Shown piece by piece: positions 1 through 10,567 of a stretch of 64,000 nt of DNA. Origin of the DNA: a virus (taxonomy: Duplodnaviria > Caudoviricetes); IMG/VR virus record IMGVR_UViG_3300010167_000010, positions 96,001-160,000 of that record; one strand, given 5' to 3'. The notes under the pieces were generated by a model. It saw only the letters and a program-made list of their open reading frames with translations. It was not told the origin of the DNA and searched no databases. Numbering within the stretch: position 1 is the first letter of the stretch; every line of letters starts with the position of its first letter. Made by a program: the position numbers and the translations under genes.

Positions 1-1133
1 CTTCAATTAAAAATAATTTAAGAACAGAAATAAATACAAAAATTACTAAGTTTAATTTTGTAATAGATAAATTAGCACCATTATGCCAGAAAAACTTAAC
101 TGAATTAACTTTTAATGAAATATGTACTTGTTATAATTTAATTGATTCATTAAAAAATGAAACTAGAAAAGGTTTATTAGAAGATTTCTTATTCTCATAT
201 TTGAATATATTATATTATTATCGTCTTTTCTTTGTAGCAAAACGATTTAATAAAGAAAATGGAACTATGTGGATAATGAGAGCATTAGAATCTGTTCTAG
301 AATTTATTGTACCTTATGCATCAGAAGATAATCCACCTAAACCACCTTCTAAATTACAAAGAAGAAGACCAGCTTATAAAATAGCTTTTTATGAATTACA
401 AAATACTACTGTCGTTAAACAAAATGCTTTATTAAATGATATGTTCTTAGAAGAAGATAGGGTAAAAATTTTATATGTAAAAGTTAAATGGGTTACAAAA
501 AAGGAATATGATAAATGGATAAATTATATTGATTATCAAAATGATGAAATTGAAGTACCAGAAGTAATTAAAGTATATAGAAATGGTATAGAAAAATATG
601 CTGAAAAACCAATAAATGGTTTATATCAATTTACTTCAGCTGAATATTTAGAAAATGATAAAAATAAAAAATGGAATGCTTTACACCCACAAGATAGACA
701 AAGAGTAATTAATGATTTCGATTCTTGTGTTTTACAAATAAATTGGGGAGACTCACCAGATTTAACACCAATTAGATGGGATATTTTTGGTACTATAAAT
801 GTAGATAATTTATTCGAATATTCGCGAGCATCTGTATCTCCACAAGAGCTTCTTTGTTTAATTGAAGAAGGTGCTGATTTTTGGACAATAAATATTCCTG
901 AATCTTTATGGCCTCGTGTAGAAGGATATAGAACAAAATTAAAAATTAGATTATACGAAGAAATATTAGACGATATAAATATTAAAAATGATCCTTATAT
1001 TACATTATTAGGACCAATGGCTTATACAATGTACCCAATTACTAATAAACAAGAAAGACCTGTTCCAGGAGTTAGTGCTGAAGTACCAGAAATATATAGA
1101 CATATGAACTCTGGTGTTGATGGTTTTAATTAA
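1..1133 (+). CDS. hypothetical phage protein, 5'-truncated
   Basis: Frame is stop-free from position 3 to 1133, so the TTG at 201 is probably not the true start. Confidence 0.7.
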   Translation, partial: SIKNNLRTEINTKITKFNFVIDKLAPLCQKNLTELTFNEICTCYNLIDSLKNETRKGLLEDFLFSYLNILYYYRLFFVAKRFNKENGTMWIMRALESVLEFIVPYASEDNPPKPPSKLQRRRPAYKIAFYELQNTTVVKQNALLNDMFLEEDRVKILYVKVKWVTKKEYDKWINYIDYQNDEIEVPEVIKVYRNGIEKYAEKPINGLYQFTSAEYLENDKNKKWNALHPQDRQRVINDFDSCVLQINWGDSPDLTPIRWDIFGTINVDNLFEYSRASVSPQELLCLIEEGADFWTINIPESLWPRVEGYRTKLKIRLYEEILDDINIKNDPYITLLGPMAYTMYPITNKQERPVPGVSAEVPEIYRHMNSGVDGFN

Positions 1134-1930
1134 AGCCAGACATTAGAAGCTGGAATAACTGGAACACCATTATCTACTGAAGGAGAATTTCCAACACAAC
1201 CAGCAGCTTTCATTCCGTGATGTGCTAAAATTAAATTACGTGCATCAAATTCTATAGTTGGTGCATGAAAATCTATTTTATCTGGAGTCATAGTAATAGA
1301 ACTATGAGCTACTGCACCAACAGTTACTGGATTAGGTGGAGTACCAACTCTCATATATATTTTTTGTTGTTGAACTGTTATAATAGAACCAGAAGTATTT
1401 AATAAAACCCAATCTCCAGTTAAATAATTATAACATTGAATCATACCGCCCCTGTCTGACGCAACCCACTGTACAACTTGAATATGATTATAATCAAAAT
1501 CAGACGGTAATGCTCTTCTTTGTTGTAAAAAAGATTTAACATCTCTATAAGAATAACTGTCTTCATATTTAACAGTACTTTTTCCGAAAACATTAGCTTT
1601 AGCAACTATATAACCAACTTGTAAATCTGGAGTACAAATACACCAAACATATTCAGCATCATCACCGTCTACAACGTGGCTCTTTCCAGTAATAACTTGG
1701 CCTTTTACCCAGGGTGGATATTTAGGAAGATCTTCCATTTCTTCATCATCAATTCCCTGTAATTCTGGTAATACTTGAACTTGAAGCCTATCATCACCAG
1801 GACCTAAACATTTATATATTTTAGCTTTTCGGAAAACATATTCATCTGAAAATGTTAAAGCTTTTCTTTTATTCATATTTAATGGGTCATTATGGAATTC
1901 GTCTAAATGTAAATCTTGAAATATATTCAT
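1130..1930 (-). CDS. putative baseplate spike/hub (gp5/gpV-like OB-fold) protein
   Basis: GDDRLQVQVLPEL resembles the gp5/Vgr N-terminal OB-fold; beta-rich C-terminus; tail cluster. Confidence 0.5.
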   Translation of the reverse strand: MNIFQDLHLDEFHNDPLNMNKRKALTFSDEYVFRKAKIYKCLGPGDDRLQVQVLPELQGIDDEEMEDLPKYPPWVKGQVITGKSHVVDGDDAEYVWCICTPDLQVGYIVAKANVFGKSTVKYEDSYSYRDVKSFLQQRRALPSDFDYNHIQVVQWVASDRGGMIQCYNYLTGDWVLLNTSGSIITVQQQKIYMRVGTPPNPVTVGAVAHSSITMTPDKIDFHAPTIEFDARNLILAHHGMKAAGCVGNSPSVDNGVPVIPASNVWL

Positions 1931-1938
1931 ATTATCTC

Positions 1939-3234
1939 CTAAGGTGACTCATAAAGTAGTGGTAACATTGAAAGTGAAGTACTGTCTTCATTTCCAACAA
2001 ACGATGGTCTAACTAAATAAGATTTGGTTAAAAACTTTTCAACATCTTCTGCATCAGTATAATGTTCAAAGCCAACATTTAACCATTTACCATCCATCCA
2101 ATGTACTTTACTTCTTTCATCTCTTTCATTATATTTAATTGGAGTTATATTTATTTCAGAAGTATCCCCAATAGATACTTTGTCTCCAATAAAGTTGGTA
2201 TAAACAGTTAAAAAGAATAAATTATCAGGCACCCTAGCTGCTTGAAATAATAATGGAATAACATCAAAAGCTTGTCTATTATAAATAATTTTAACAGAAG
2301 TTCCTTTAGTTTTCATCATTAACATATTATCTATTGGTAACATGTTACCAAATGAAGAACCAGACCTATTTCTTAATTTATTAGATAATTTTTTACTTCC
2401 ACTTAAAAAAGAACCATCTTCTAAATTTTCAAACAAGAAATATGGGTAAATTTCTTTTAATATATCTTCATTACCAATTTTTAAATGTAATTCTGAAACT
2501 GGGAAATGGTGTGTTCCAAAATTTATATTATTTTTTTCACATATTTCTTTAATTCTTTTTAAGTTTGTTTCTTCTGAAAGATGCTCTTCATTTTGAGTAT
2601 ATATTATTTTAGAGTTTTCACTGTATAAATTTCTAAAAGATTTAAGAAAAAATTCTCCTCTATCATTACAGAAAAAATGCGCGGGCATTTTATTTATTGT
2701 AGTATATGGTAATAATTTATTTTGTATAAAATCCCAATCAGTTTCACTAATTTTAAATCGACTTAATTTTCCATTATCGTCTGTTTCATCAAAATTATCA
2801 TCATCAGCTTCAAAAGCCATTCCCCTATCTTCATCTTTTAAAATCTTTTTTATAAGTTCAGCTATGTTCATTGGCTTATAAGCATGATTTTTTATATTTT
2901 TATATAAAAACCAAGCATGGCCAAACCATATTCTTATTGTACCGGCCAATCTGGAAGAATTAGCTGAAAAATCATTTTCAAGTTGAAGAATATAAAACGT
3001 TGGATATTTATGAGTTTCTTGATTATCTGCAAAATTAGCTAAAGTTATATCTATTGACGCACCTATTTGAAGATTTTCAAATCTAGCCATTATGTAACTG
3101 TAATGATCGTCTACAGTTATATATCCGTATGGAAGGCCTTCTTTAATAGAAGTATATAATTTAAAACCTAATAAATAAACTGGGTCAATTTCTGTTATTC
3201 GATTTAATATAACCGATATTGCACTACTTTGCAT
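1939..3234 (-). CDS. putative baseplate hub/tail protein (gp27-like)
   Basis: 431 aa; ETDWDFIQ..L and GDT..I...MDGKWL..G.EH patterns typical of hub proteins; upstream of spike-like gene. Confidence 0.5.
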   Translation of the reverse strand: MQSSAISVILNRITEIDPVYLLGFKLYTSIKEGLPYGYITVDDHYSYIMARFENLQIGASIDITLANFADNQETHKYPTFYILQLENDFSANSSRLAGTIRIWFGHAWFLYKNIKNHAYKPMNIAELIKKILKDEDRGMAFEADDDNFDETDDNGKLSRFKISETDWDFIQNKLLPYTTINKMPAHFFCNDRGEFFLKSFRNLYSENSKIIYTQNEEHLSEETNLKRIKEICEKNNINFGTHHFPVSELHLKIGNEDILKEIYPYFLFENLEDGSFLSGSKKLSNKLRNRSGSSFGNMLPIDNMLMMKTKGTSVKIIYNRQAFDVIPLLFQAARVPDNLFFLTVYTNFIGDKVSIGDTSEINITPIKYNERDERSKVHWMDGKWLNVGFEHYTDAEDVEKFLTKSYLVRPSFVGNEDSTSLSMLPLLYESP

Positions 3235-3239
3235 AATAA

Positions 3240-3542
3240 TTAGTTAGACGGAGGTTCTCCTAAAATTATCATACCAGCAGGAATAATATTAGGCGGTTCA
3301 TTACCAAATCTGTCAAAAACAAGAAAATTATCTTTCCCACCTATTTTAAATCTATAAACTATAGTTTCTTTTTCTGATTCTATTAAATTGAATACTATAT
3401 CTGGATATTGAGACATAACATAATTTAAAATTTCTGTTCTTTGTTCTTCATTGAAAGCATTCATTTTATTTACTTTCAAATAAATTTTCTTGAGTTCATT
3501 ATATTCTTTTTCTGTCAATCTTTTAGACAAATTTTCTATCAT
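3240..3542 (-). CDS. hypothetical protein
   Basis: 100-aa ORF in operon. Confidence 0.6.
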   Translation of the reverse strand: MIENLSKRLTEKEYNELKKIYLKVNKMNAFNEEQRTEILNYVMSQYPDIVFNLIESEKETIVYRFKIGGKDNFLVFDRFGNEPPNIIPAGMIILGEPPSN

Positions 3543-3551
3543 AATAATATA

Positions 3552-4472
3552 TTAACTATTATCCATATAAGTTTTTATTTTCTGAACAGTATTTTTGTTA
3601 AACAAGCCCTCAGTTAAACAGAGCTCTTTAGCATGCGCATCAGATTCAAAAATTCTTTTTATATAACTTAATTGAAACTTATGTTTACTAGATATTTCTT
3701 TATCAAAATCAATTTCTTTTAAGATTTTATTTATATTAGATATTCTCGAGTCTATGCCTTTACTATGTTTTATTATAGAAAAAGTTTCTTTATATATTTC
3801 TATAAGAGGAGTTAAAAGATAAATTATACTCATAATAAATATTGCAGTAAAACAAGTTACAATATTAAAAGCTACCAATAAGATAAAACATAATGGGTAA
3901 AGATTTATAATATCTACAACAATATTCTTTTTAACGTTTCTTTCTAAAATATCAAATATAAAATTTATAGAACAAGATAAAACTGCTGTTACTATAAAAA
4001 ATATTAAAAATCTGGTAGTAAATAAAGATTGCAACCCTAAAACAAAAAGTTTAATATATTCTTCATAATAAATTTCTTCTACTCTGTATATAAATAGAGA
4101 AAAATCTGATATTCCAAATAATAAAAGAAATGCAAATATTAAAGAATATACGATATATATTAAATTTTTTATCTTATAAGAAATTCTAGCAATATGATAA
4201 CCAAGTAGTCTCCCTTTTATAGTTATAGATAAAAATAAGTTATAATAGAAAACTATAAAAAAAATCAATAAAGAAGAAACACTACTAACTGTGAAAAATC
4301 TAATTAGAAATATAATTAGAAATATATTAAAAATATAACTAAACACAATATAAGGAACACGCAAATCAGCACCATCTGTTAAAAATCTATTAGAGATACT
4401 GACTAATTGTATTCCGTTACTTACAACTATACTTATAAGTAAAAATATAACAAAAATTTGCTCTATAAACAT
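3552..4472 (-). CDS. multi-pass membrane protein
   Basis: About 6-7 hydrophobic segments followed by a soluble tail. Confidence 0.65.
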   Translation of the reverse strand: MFIEQIFVIFLLISIVVSNGIQLVSISNRFLTDGADLRVPYIVFSYIFNIFLIIFLIRFFTVSSVSSLLIFFIVFYYNLFLSITIKGRLLGYHIARISYKIKNLIYIVYSLIFAFLLLFGISDFSLFIYRVEEIYYEEYIKLFVLGLQSLFTTRFLIFFIVTAVLSCSINFIFDILERNVKKNIVVDIINLYPLCFILLVAFNIVTCFTAIFIMSIIYLLTPLIEIYKETFSIIKHSKGIDSRISNINKILKEIDFDKEISSKHKFQLSYIKRIFESDAHAKELCLTEGLFNKNTVQKIKTYMDNS

Positions 4473-5203
4473 CTAATATTCCTTTTATTTATTGTGGGTT
4501 TTTCCACACTATAACGACCCTTATCTATTACAATATTTTTTATTAAAAGAATTGTAAATAATAACTTACTTAAAAATATTATAAATAAATAAGTATCTAT
4601 AAGATTTCCTGATAAGAATGACACAAAAGATAAAACAAAATAAAATATAAACGAAAAGTATAAAATTTTTATAGAATTAGACAAAATTTTACTATTTCTT
4701 AATAAAGTTATTAAGAATAAAATTATATTTACTAGTGGAAATATAATAAATAAATTAAATAATGGATGATATTGGACAAATATATTTAAAAAAGACATTT
4801 CATGTAGATTAGTATTATATGAAGGAATCATTACGATTATTAAACACATTATAATTAAAACTATATAATTACTTATTATTGTAAAAAAGAAGAAAAATCT
4901 TTTATAGTAAGCATTTAAAAATAGCTTATAAAATTTTGAAAAGAATAATGACATATATGAAAAAGAAATTACAAATAAGTATATAATTATTATTTCATAA
5001 TGTAAAATATTGATATGATTACTTAACGGTTCATATAACAATAACATTAGATATACCATTAAGTATTTGACACAAGCTATTATTAGCCAATTAAACTGGA
5101 TAGATATGAATTTTTCTTTTACTATCAAGCGAAGAGAGTATACTATAATAAATATTTTAGCCAGTATTAAAACTAACAATATTATTATATTTAATGTAGT
5201 CAT
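4463..5203 (-). CDS. multi-pass membrane protein
   Basis: About 7 hydrophobic segments. Confidence 0.65.
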   Translation of the reverse strand: MTTLNIIILLVLILAKIFIIVYSLRLIVKEKFISIQFNWLIIACVKYLMVYLMLLLYEPLSNHINILHYEIIIIYLFVISFSYMSLFFSKFYKLFLNAYYKRFFFFFTIISNYIVLIIMCLIIVMIPSYNTNLHEMSFLNIFVQYHPLFNLFIIFPLVNIILFLITLLRNSKILSNSIKILYFSFIFYFVLSFVSFLSGNLIDTYLFIIFLSKLLFTILLIKNIVIDKGRYSVEKPTINKRNIRCL

Positions 5204-5208
5204 AAAAG

Positions 5209-5988
5209 TTATTCTCCGTTTTTATCTTCATTTGCAGTACTATCGTTATTTACCAAACTATTTAATCTTTGCGTGATTTGTTCAGTTCTGTTTTTTGTTA
5301 ACTCCAATATTTTATTTTGTTGATCTTTAGATAATCGGATAAAGTTTTTAATAGCTTCATCAACAGTATCGCGAATTCTATTTGTTGCTGTATCAAATAA
5401 CTTATTTAATAGTTTAATATCAGAAATTAAAATATATTCTCTAATTTTTAATTTCATTGCCCTAATACAATCATCAGTAATAGCTTGAATTTCATTATTT
5501 ACTTCTAAATCCGTTCTGTCTAAAAATGATGACGACTCTTTAAGCATATTTAGTCTAGTAAATAATACTATACTAAAATCTCTATGTAAATATAATTCTA
5601 AAATGTGACCCATTTTTTGTAAAGAGTTTTCTGCTGTTTCTTCGTATACATTACCGAATTCTAAACATAAGTGCTCTATTGCTCTAGTTAAAGCTAATTG
5701 TTGAATATTTTTTAATTCTTGATTAATTCGAGAATTTAATTCTTCTTCCGACAGAATAAATTTTTCGTATTCATCACCAATTATTTTCTGTATTAGAAAT
5801 ATGTTCTTTTTATTATCTGCATTAACTACAACTTTAGCACTATCTAATTTGACAGGGCCTATTGCCCTTAATCTGGGAAAAACTTTCCAAATGAACCAAA
5901 TTATTAAAGCTATTAAAGAAAAGGCGATTACAAATAACAGAATAGTTCCATGGGTTGTAGATAATAATACTTCTAGTATTTCTTTCAT
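5209..5988 (-). CDS. membrane-anchored helical protein
   Basis: One N-terminal TM helix, then a helical domain; AGGAG RBS. Confidence 0.65.
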   Translation of the reverse strand: MKEILEVLLSTTHGTILLFVIAFSLIALIIWFIWKVFPRLRAIGPVKLDSAKVVVNADNKKNIFLIQKIIGDEYEKFILSEEELNSRINQELKNIQQLALTRAIEHLCLEFGNVYEETAENSLQKMGHILELYLHRDFSIVLFTRLNMLKESSSFLDRTDLEVNNEIQAITDDCIRAMKLKIREYILISDIKLLNKLFDTATNRIRDTVDEAIKNFIRLSKDQQNKILELTKNRTEQITQRLNSLVNNDSTANEDKNGE

Positions 5989-6028
5989 TTTTAAAATCGT
6001 TCTCCTATTAATTTAGTCTTAAAAAATA

Positions 6029-6054
6029 AAAAACCCTCGCTAGGGAGGGTTTTT
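6029..6054. terminator. intrinsic (bidirectional) terminator
   Basis: AAAAACCCTC-gctagg-GAGGGTTTTT. Confidence 0.8.
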
Positions 6055-6079
6055 CTCATTAAATTATTTTTATTATAAT

Positions 6080-6952
6080 TTATGCTAATCTTCTAAATGA
6101 TATATCAAAAGTTCTGTTATTATTTATAAACATCATTACAGCTTCATATCTAACAGGTATTTCAGTTCCTAAATAATTTCTTAAAAGGTCAAATTTATAA
6201 ATTTCATGATTATTTGCTTCAGAGTTCATTATATTAAAGGCATTTATTGCATTTGCTGCAGTTCCATTTCCTGAAATTGCATTTAAGGTTGTACCTGAAG
6301 CAGCATAAGTTCCGCCGCCAGGTTCTCCTCCAATAAAACATCTTTGTTCCCACCCAGCATTCCCAGCTACAAATATTTCTTCCATAGTATAGCCTAATGG
6401 AGGAACTGAAGGTCTCCTAGAAGATGCTATAGTAATAGCATTGGGACTATTATTTCCACCCTGTCCTGGTCTAATTCTGTCCATCGTCATAGACATAGAC
6501 ATAATTCTAATTGGATTATCATTTAGAATTATAGGGGAAAAAATAATTCTATATCTACTACGTTCAGATGTTGAAGTTCCAATGGCTGAATCAGCCTGAC
6601 CTCTTATAATTATAAAAGACACAAGATTATCTAAATTAAAATAAACGTAAGATTCTCTTCTTCTATTATCAGTAATTGCAGTATTAGTAAATCTTCCAAA
6701 TACTCCTATAAAAGGATTATTAGTATTATTAGTTGAAGCATTAGTTCCTATACCTGCAGCTGTTTCAAAAGTAACTCTATAAGTTATTATATTATTTGAC
6801 GTATGTCTTAAAATAGCCCTCCCACCATTAATTTCTGGTAAATCAATATCTACCATACCTTGTATTTCTAAATCTCTTAAAGTTAAAACAGACTCTGGTA
6901 ATAAATTTCTTTCTATTGGTATTCTTATATCATCATATATTATTTTTGGCAT
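6080..6952 (-). CDS. putative tail fibre/receptor-binding-associated protein
   Basis: Probable start MPKIIYDD at 6952, overlapping the upstream stop (TAATG); Asn/Gly/Ser-rich. Confidence 0.5.
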   Translation of the reverse strand: MPKIIYDDIRIPIERNLLPESVLTLRDLEIQGMVDIDLPEINGGRAILRHTSNNIITYRVTFETAAGIGTNASTNNTNNPFIGVFGRFTNTAITDNRRRESYVYFNLDNLVSFIIIRGQADSAIGTSTSERSRYRIIFSPIILNDNPIRIMSMSMTMDRIRPGQGGNNSPNAITIASSRRPSVPPLGYTMEEIFVAGNAGWEQRCFIGGEPGGGTYAASGTTLNAISGNGTAANAINAFNIMNSEANNHEIYKFDLLRNYLGTEIPVRYEAVMMFINNNRTFDISFRRLA

Positions 6953-7725
6953 TAAATTAATCTCCTTACTATTACAGTGCAATGTACACCATTTTCAGAT
7001 ACATCTGTTATAGTTGTTCCGCTGCTACCTGTTCTAACTATTATTTCATATAAAAAAACTTCATTATTTAAAATAAAACTTATCCAATATGTTGGTGAGC
7101 TAGCTCCAGAGCCGAATAAGCATTGATTATCTATCTGGAACGATTCACCATTAATTATTGGTCTGCTTATTGTATGAGTAGTATTGAATCCCCGCGACCA
7201 ATCAATATGACTTGCATTATTTGTTACTATAGTACTTCCATTTGATCCTGAACCAGCCCATCTGCCCTGCATCCTTACTCTTAAAGATACATTAGAAAAA
7301 GCGATACTCTCTGGAAAAGTATCTAAATGACAAGATAAAATATAACCACTAGCATTCCTAAAAGTTGTTCTAAATCTTAACATATCAGCTAAAACTATAT
7401 TAGCATTCCAAGGTTGTAATATATTTCTAGCAATATTATCTCTTATTAAGGGGTCATTTGCTGTAGATCCTGAAGGTCTTCTATTATTAGGCATCCAATT
7501 TGGTCTATCATTTAATGCGGGATCCCACATTCTAAATAAAAAAGTAGAATAATCTCTAGAACCTCTTAAAAGGGATACAGAAGGTAAATCATTAAAACGA
7601 TTTATTATCATTGATAATTGAGGAACTTGTTCTTGAAATTCGTTATGCATTTTTTTAGTTAAAAGAGAATAAGAATTATTATAATCATTCATTATCTGAA
7701 TATCATCATAAACATTTTGTGACAT
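6952..7725 (-). CDS. putative tail fibre-associated protein
   Basis: N-terminus (YDDIQI) similar to the neighbouring gene. Confidence 0.5.
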   Translation of the reverse strand: MSQNVYDDIQIMNDYNNSYSLLTKKMHNEFQEQVPQLSMIINRFNDLPSVSLLRGSRDYSTFLFRMWDPALNDRPNWMPNNRRPSGSTANDPLIRDNIARNILQPWNANIVLADMLRFRTTFRNASGYILSCHLDTFPESIAFSNVSLRVRMQGRWAGSGSNGSTIVTNNASHIDWSRGFNTTHTISRPIINGESFQIDNQCLFGSGASSPTYWISFILNNEVFLYEIIVRTGSSGTTITDVSENGVHCTVIVRRLI

Positions 7726-7732
7726 TTATTTC

Positions 7733-8401
7733 TTATCCTATAATATGAATTTCTTGAATATTTGGTTTAACAGTAGCTCCATTAAAATCTATTCTTAATC
7801 TATTTTGAATTACTTCATATTTTCTTGGAATTAATTCGGTATCAGTATTTTCAAAAAATTTAAAAATTGCTCTAGAAGGTAAAATCGTATTATTAAAAGT
7901 TATTTCTAAGATTCCATTTGCAAAAGAATTATTATCATTCCACATATTTGGTGTAAATACTTTATACATATTTTTTTCAGCAACAATATTTCTAGAACCG
8001 TCTAACATTTGACCTATTCCTAAAAAATTATTTTGATCATCTACAATAATATATAAACCATCTTCAGTTAAAATATCAGGACTAGTAGTATCACGAAACT
8101 TTTCTAAAGTTACTCTTGGAAATATAAGTTGAATTCCGCGCTCATCTCTTTTAAGATTAGCTGGTGAATTTGGTCTAAATATTTCATCAAAAGTTCCTGA
8201 GTCCATTATCCTTATTTGAATATTATTTGTATTACGATTAATTTCTAACCCAGGTCCAGCTCCTAATGGTACAGGTAAATTATCTAATCTATTATGGGCA
8301 TCTTCAGCTTTTATTTTTATTTCTTCAATTAAATCTAAAGGAGTTTTATCAGCAACTAACTCTTTTTTTCCATTTTTTATAGAATAAATACCTTTTTTCA
8401 T
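7733..8401 (-). CDS. putative tail fibre-associated protein
   Basis: AGPGLEI fibre-type motif; N-terminus shared with neighbours. Confidence 0.5.
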   Translation of the reverse strand: MKKGIYSIKNGKKELVADKTPLDLIEEIKIKAEDAHNRLDNLPVPLGAGPGLEINRNTNNIQIRIMDSGTFDEIFRPNSPANLKRDERGIQLIFPRVTLEKFRDTTSPDILTEDGLYIIVDDQNNFLGIGQMLDGSRNIVAEKNMYKVFTPNMWNDNNSFANGILEITFNNTILPSRAIFKFFENTDTELIPRKYEVIQNRLRIDFNGATVKPNIQEIHIIG

Positions 8402-8415
8402 ATTTTAATTTCCTT

Positions 8416-9066
8416 TTAAGATAATTGTAATGATGGTAAATGTAAATTATTGATCATATGATTTTGCAGTGGATCACTAGTGATCCACATGGCTGAAAAA
8501 CTAACAATAGCATTACCACTAGGCCAACTTGGTGCTGGCGAAATAGATCCGCTAGTATTTCTAAAAAAAATATCTCCATTTGGTTCAATAAATACTAATC
8601 CATTATGAGAATCACTATTTCCAGACCCACCTTGCGCGGCCCAGATAGCAATAACTCTTTCCATAGGTCTCCAACCAAAAGGAATGTTACCTGGTATTAC
8701 ATTTGTAAACGTACCTGTTTTAGATCTATTATGATTAAAATGAACTAAAAATTGCATTCTGTTAATGAAAGCTGGGCAGTTATTAACCCACCCAGAACTA
8801 TTTTGAATAATACCAACCCTATAATTAGCTAAAGCTTCTTCTAATGAACCTGTCCCACCTAACCACGGTGGTATTCCTTCAATAAAATCCCAATGTACTT
8901 GATTAGTAGGATCGTTTAGTATTCTATGATTATGTGCTCCAGGTTGTATTGATAAAAGACCACCATCATTATCATCAGTATGACCATGTATTAATGTTTC
9001 ATTTAAATCAGCTATTCTTTTCTTTTTTCCATTTTTAATGGCGTATATTCCTATTTTATTCTTCAT
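8416..9066 (-). CDS. putative receptor-binding/tail fibre tip protein
   Basis: IPFGWRP...IEPNGDI...SFSAMWIT resembles the C-terminal head of siphovirus-type RBPs. Confidence 0.55.
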   Translation of the reverse strand: MKNKIGIYAIKNGKKKRIADLNETLIHGHTDDNDGGLLSIQPGAHNHRILNDPTNQVHWDFIEGIPPWLGGTGSLEEALANYRVGIIQNSSGWVNNCPAFINRMQFLVHFNHNRSKTGTFTNVIPGNIPFGWRPMERVIAIWAAQGGSGNSDSHNGLVFIEPNGDIFFRNTSGSISPAPSWPSGNAIVSFSAMWITSDPLQNHMINNLHLPSLQLS

Positions 9067-9086
9067 ATTATTTAGTTCTTTAAAAA

Positions 9087-9115
9087 TAAAAAGGCGATAT
9101 ATTTCTATATCGCCT
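9087..9115 (-). terminator. intrinsic terminator
   Basis: AGGCGATATA-tttc-TATATCGCCT with a U-tract on the minus strand. Confidence 0.8.
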
Positions 9116-9136
9116 GTAAAAATTATTTATTAAATT

Positions 9137-10540
9137 TTATGGGTTGTCGTCGTCAGGTTCGCCGCCGCCGTCAATAATTGGGCTATCTTCAACTACAAAA
9201 TAAATACCCCAATTTTCTCTTTTACTTTTATCAATTTCATCGAATTCTGTTTCAGTTACAACATTTTGTCTAAATCTTATCCCAGCTTCTGATACAGTGA
9301 GTTCTTTTGAAGATCTTCTATCAATTTTTACTGAAATTGCATTTCCAGGAATATTTTTATTTATGTCTCCAACGATACCATCACCAGCAGTGTAAGGAAC
9401 AATAAATTCTGAAAGATTTGCAAAAGTATATTTAATAGTTGATACTGCATCAGTTTCAGTTTTCTTTGTAAAGAAACCTAAAATAAGATATCCTCCAGGA
9501 GTTAAACTATCTGGGGCTTGATCCATAATATTATTTCTAACAGTTTCTGGAATTTTAGCATCAAATTCCCAACCTGTATTCGATAATCTTAATACGCTTG
9601 CGAATGCAATTGTAGTTCCAATTGTAAGTTCTACTTTTCCTAATTCAAAAGGTTCACCTGTTTCATCATCTTTACCAAGTAATTTAAGAATATTACCTGA
9701 TTGTTCAAATGTTACATTTGCTAAAAGACCATCATCGTCATCCCATGTTAAAACTTTATCTGTTTCATCTACCTGTGTTTTAATAATTAATGCTTTAATT
9801 TCTTCAGCTACTGTCCCAAATTCATCGTTTTCAAATTCGACTGGAATATCTCCACCATCAATAGTAACTGCACCATTTGGATCTGGGGCGGCTCCATTAA
9901 CTGTTTTTACTAAACTATTTTGAAGAGCTTCAAGTGCTTCAACTCTTTGTCTTACACCAAGTAAAGCTACAGGGCATGCTGTTCCATGATTAGCTTCAGC
10001 ATCTTCTTGCATTTCAATCCACCAAAGTCTAATTAAAGCAAAGTTACCAAGTGGATCCGCATCCATTCGTGCAGCGTCCATTCTAGCTGCTAAAACAGGG
10101 TCGACTTCATGAAGTCTTGAACTTGGATCAATATCCCACTTTCCTGGTGTACCAGGAATATCATCTGTTCCCGGGACTGGGTCAACCCACGTTGCTGGAA
10201 TATAATTCCAATCTTTATTAAATTGTAAGAATAAAAGTTTATTTGCTACTGCAACTTCTTCTCTTATCCAATTTGTAAAATCCCAGTTATTTTGAAGATT
10301 TTTATCAGTTGCACCTAACAAAATTGCTAATTCAGTGATTTTATCTCTTACTGATTTATATTCTTGACCGTCTGCTTCTTCTTCAGAAGTAAAAAACGGA
10401 ATTTGATATGCCGCTAATCTTAAATCTTTGTAATATTTAGAATTTTTATCCTGCTCAGCTTGAAGACCATTAATTGTTTCAAGTTTGTTAACTTCAGCAA
10501 GAACTTTTTTCTCTCCATTAATTACTCTAATTACTGCCAT
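9137..10540 (-). CDS. tail fibre-like structural protein
   Basis: VKTVNGAAPDPNGAVTI and YTAGDGI fibre motifs. Confidence 0.6.
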   Translation of the reverse strand: MAVIRVINGEKKVLAEVNKLETINGLQAEQDKNSKYYKDLRLAAYQIPFFTSEEEADGQEYKSVRDKITELAILLGATDKNLQNNWDFTNWIREEVAVANKLLFLQFNKDWNYIPATWVDPVPGTDDIPGTPGKWDIDPSSRLHEVDPVLAARMDAARMDADPLGNFALIRLWWIEMQEDAEANHGTACPVALLGVRQRVEALEALQNSLVKTVNGAAPDPNGAVTIDGGDIPVEFENDEFGTVAEEIKALIIKTQVDETDKVLTWDDDDGLLANVTFEQSGNILKLLGKDDETGEPFELGKVELTIGTTIAFASVLRLSNTGWEFDAKIPETVRNNIMDQAPDSLTPGGYLILGFFTKKTETDAVSTIKYTFANLSEFIVPYTAGDGIVGDINKNIPGNAISVKIDRRSSKELTVSEAGIRFRQNVVTETEFDEIDKSKRENWGIYFVVEDSPIIDGGGEPDDDNP

Positions 10541-10567
10541 TTATTTCTCCTTATTAAATAGTTGTTC

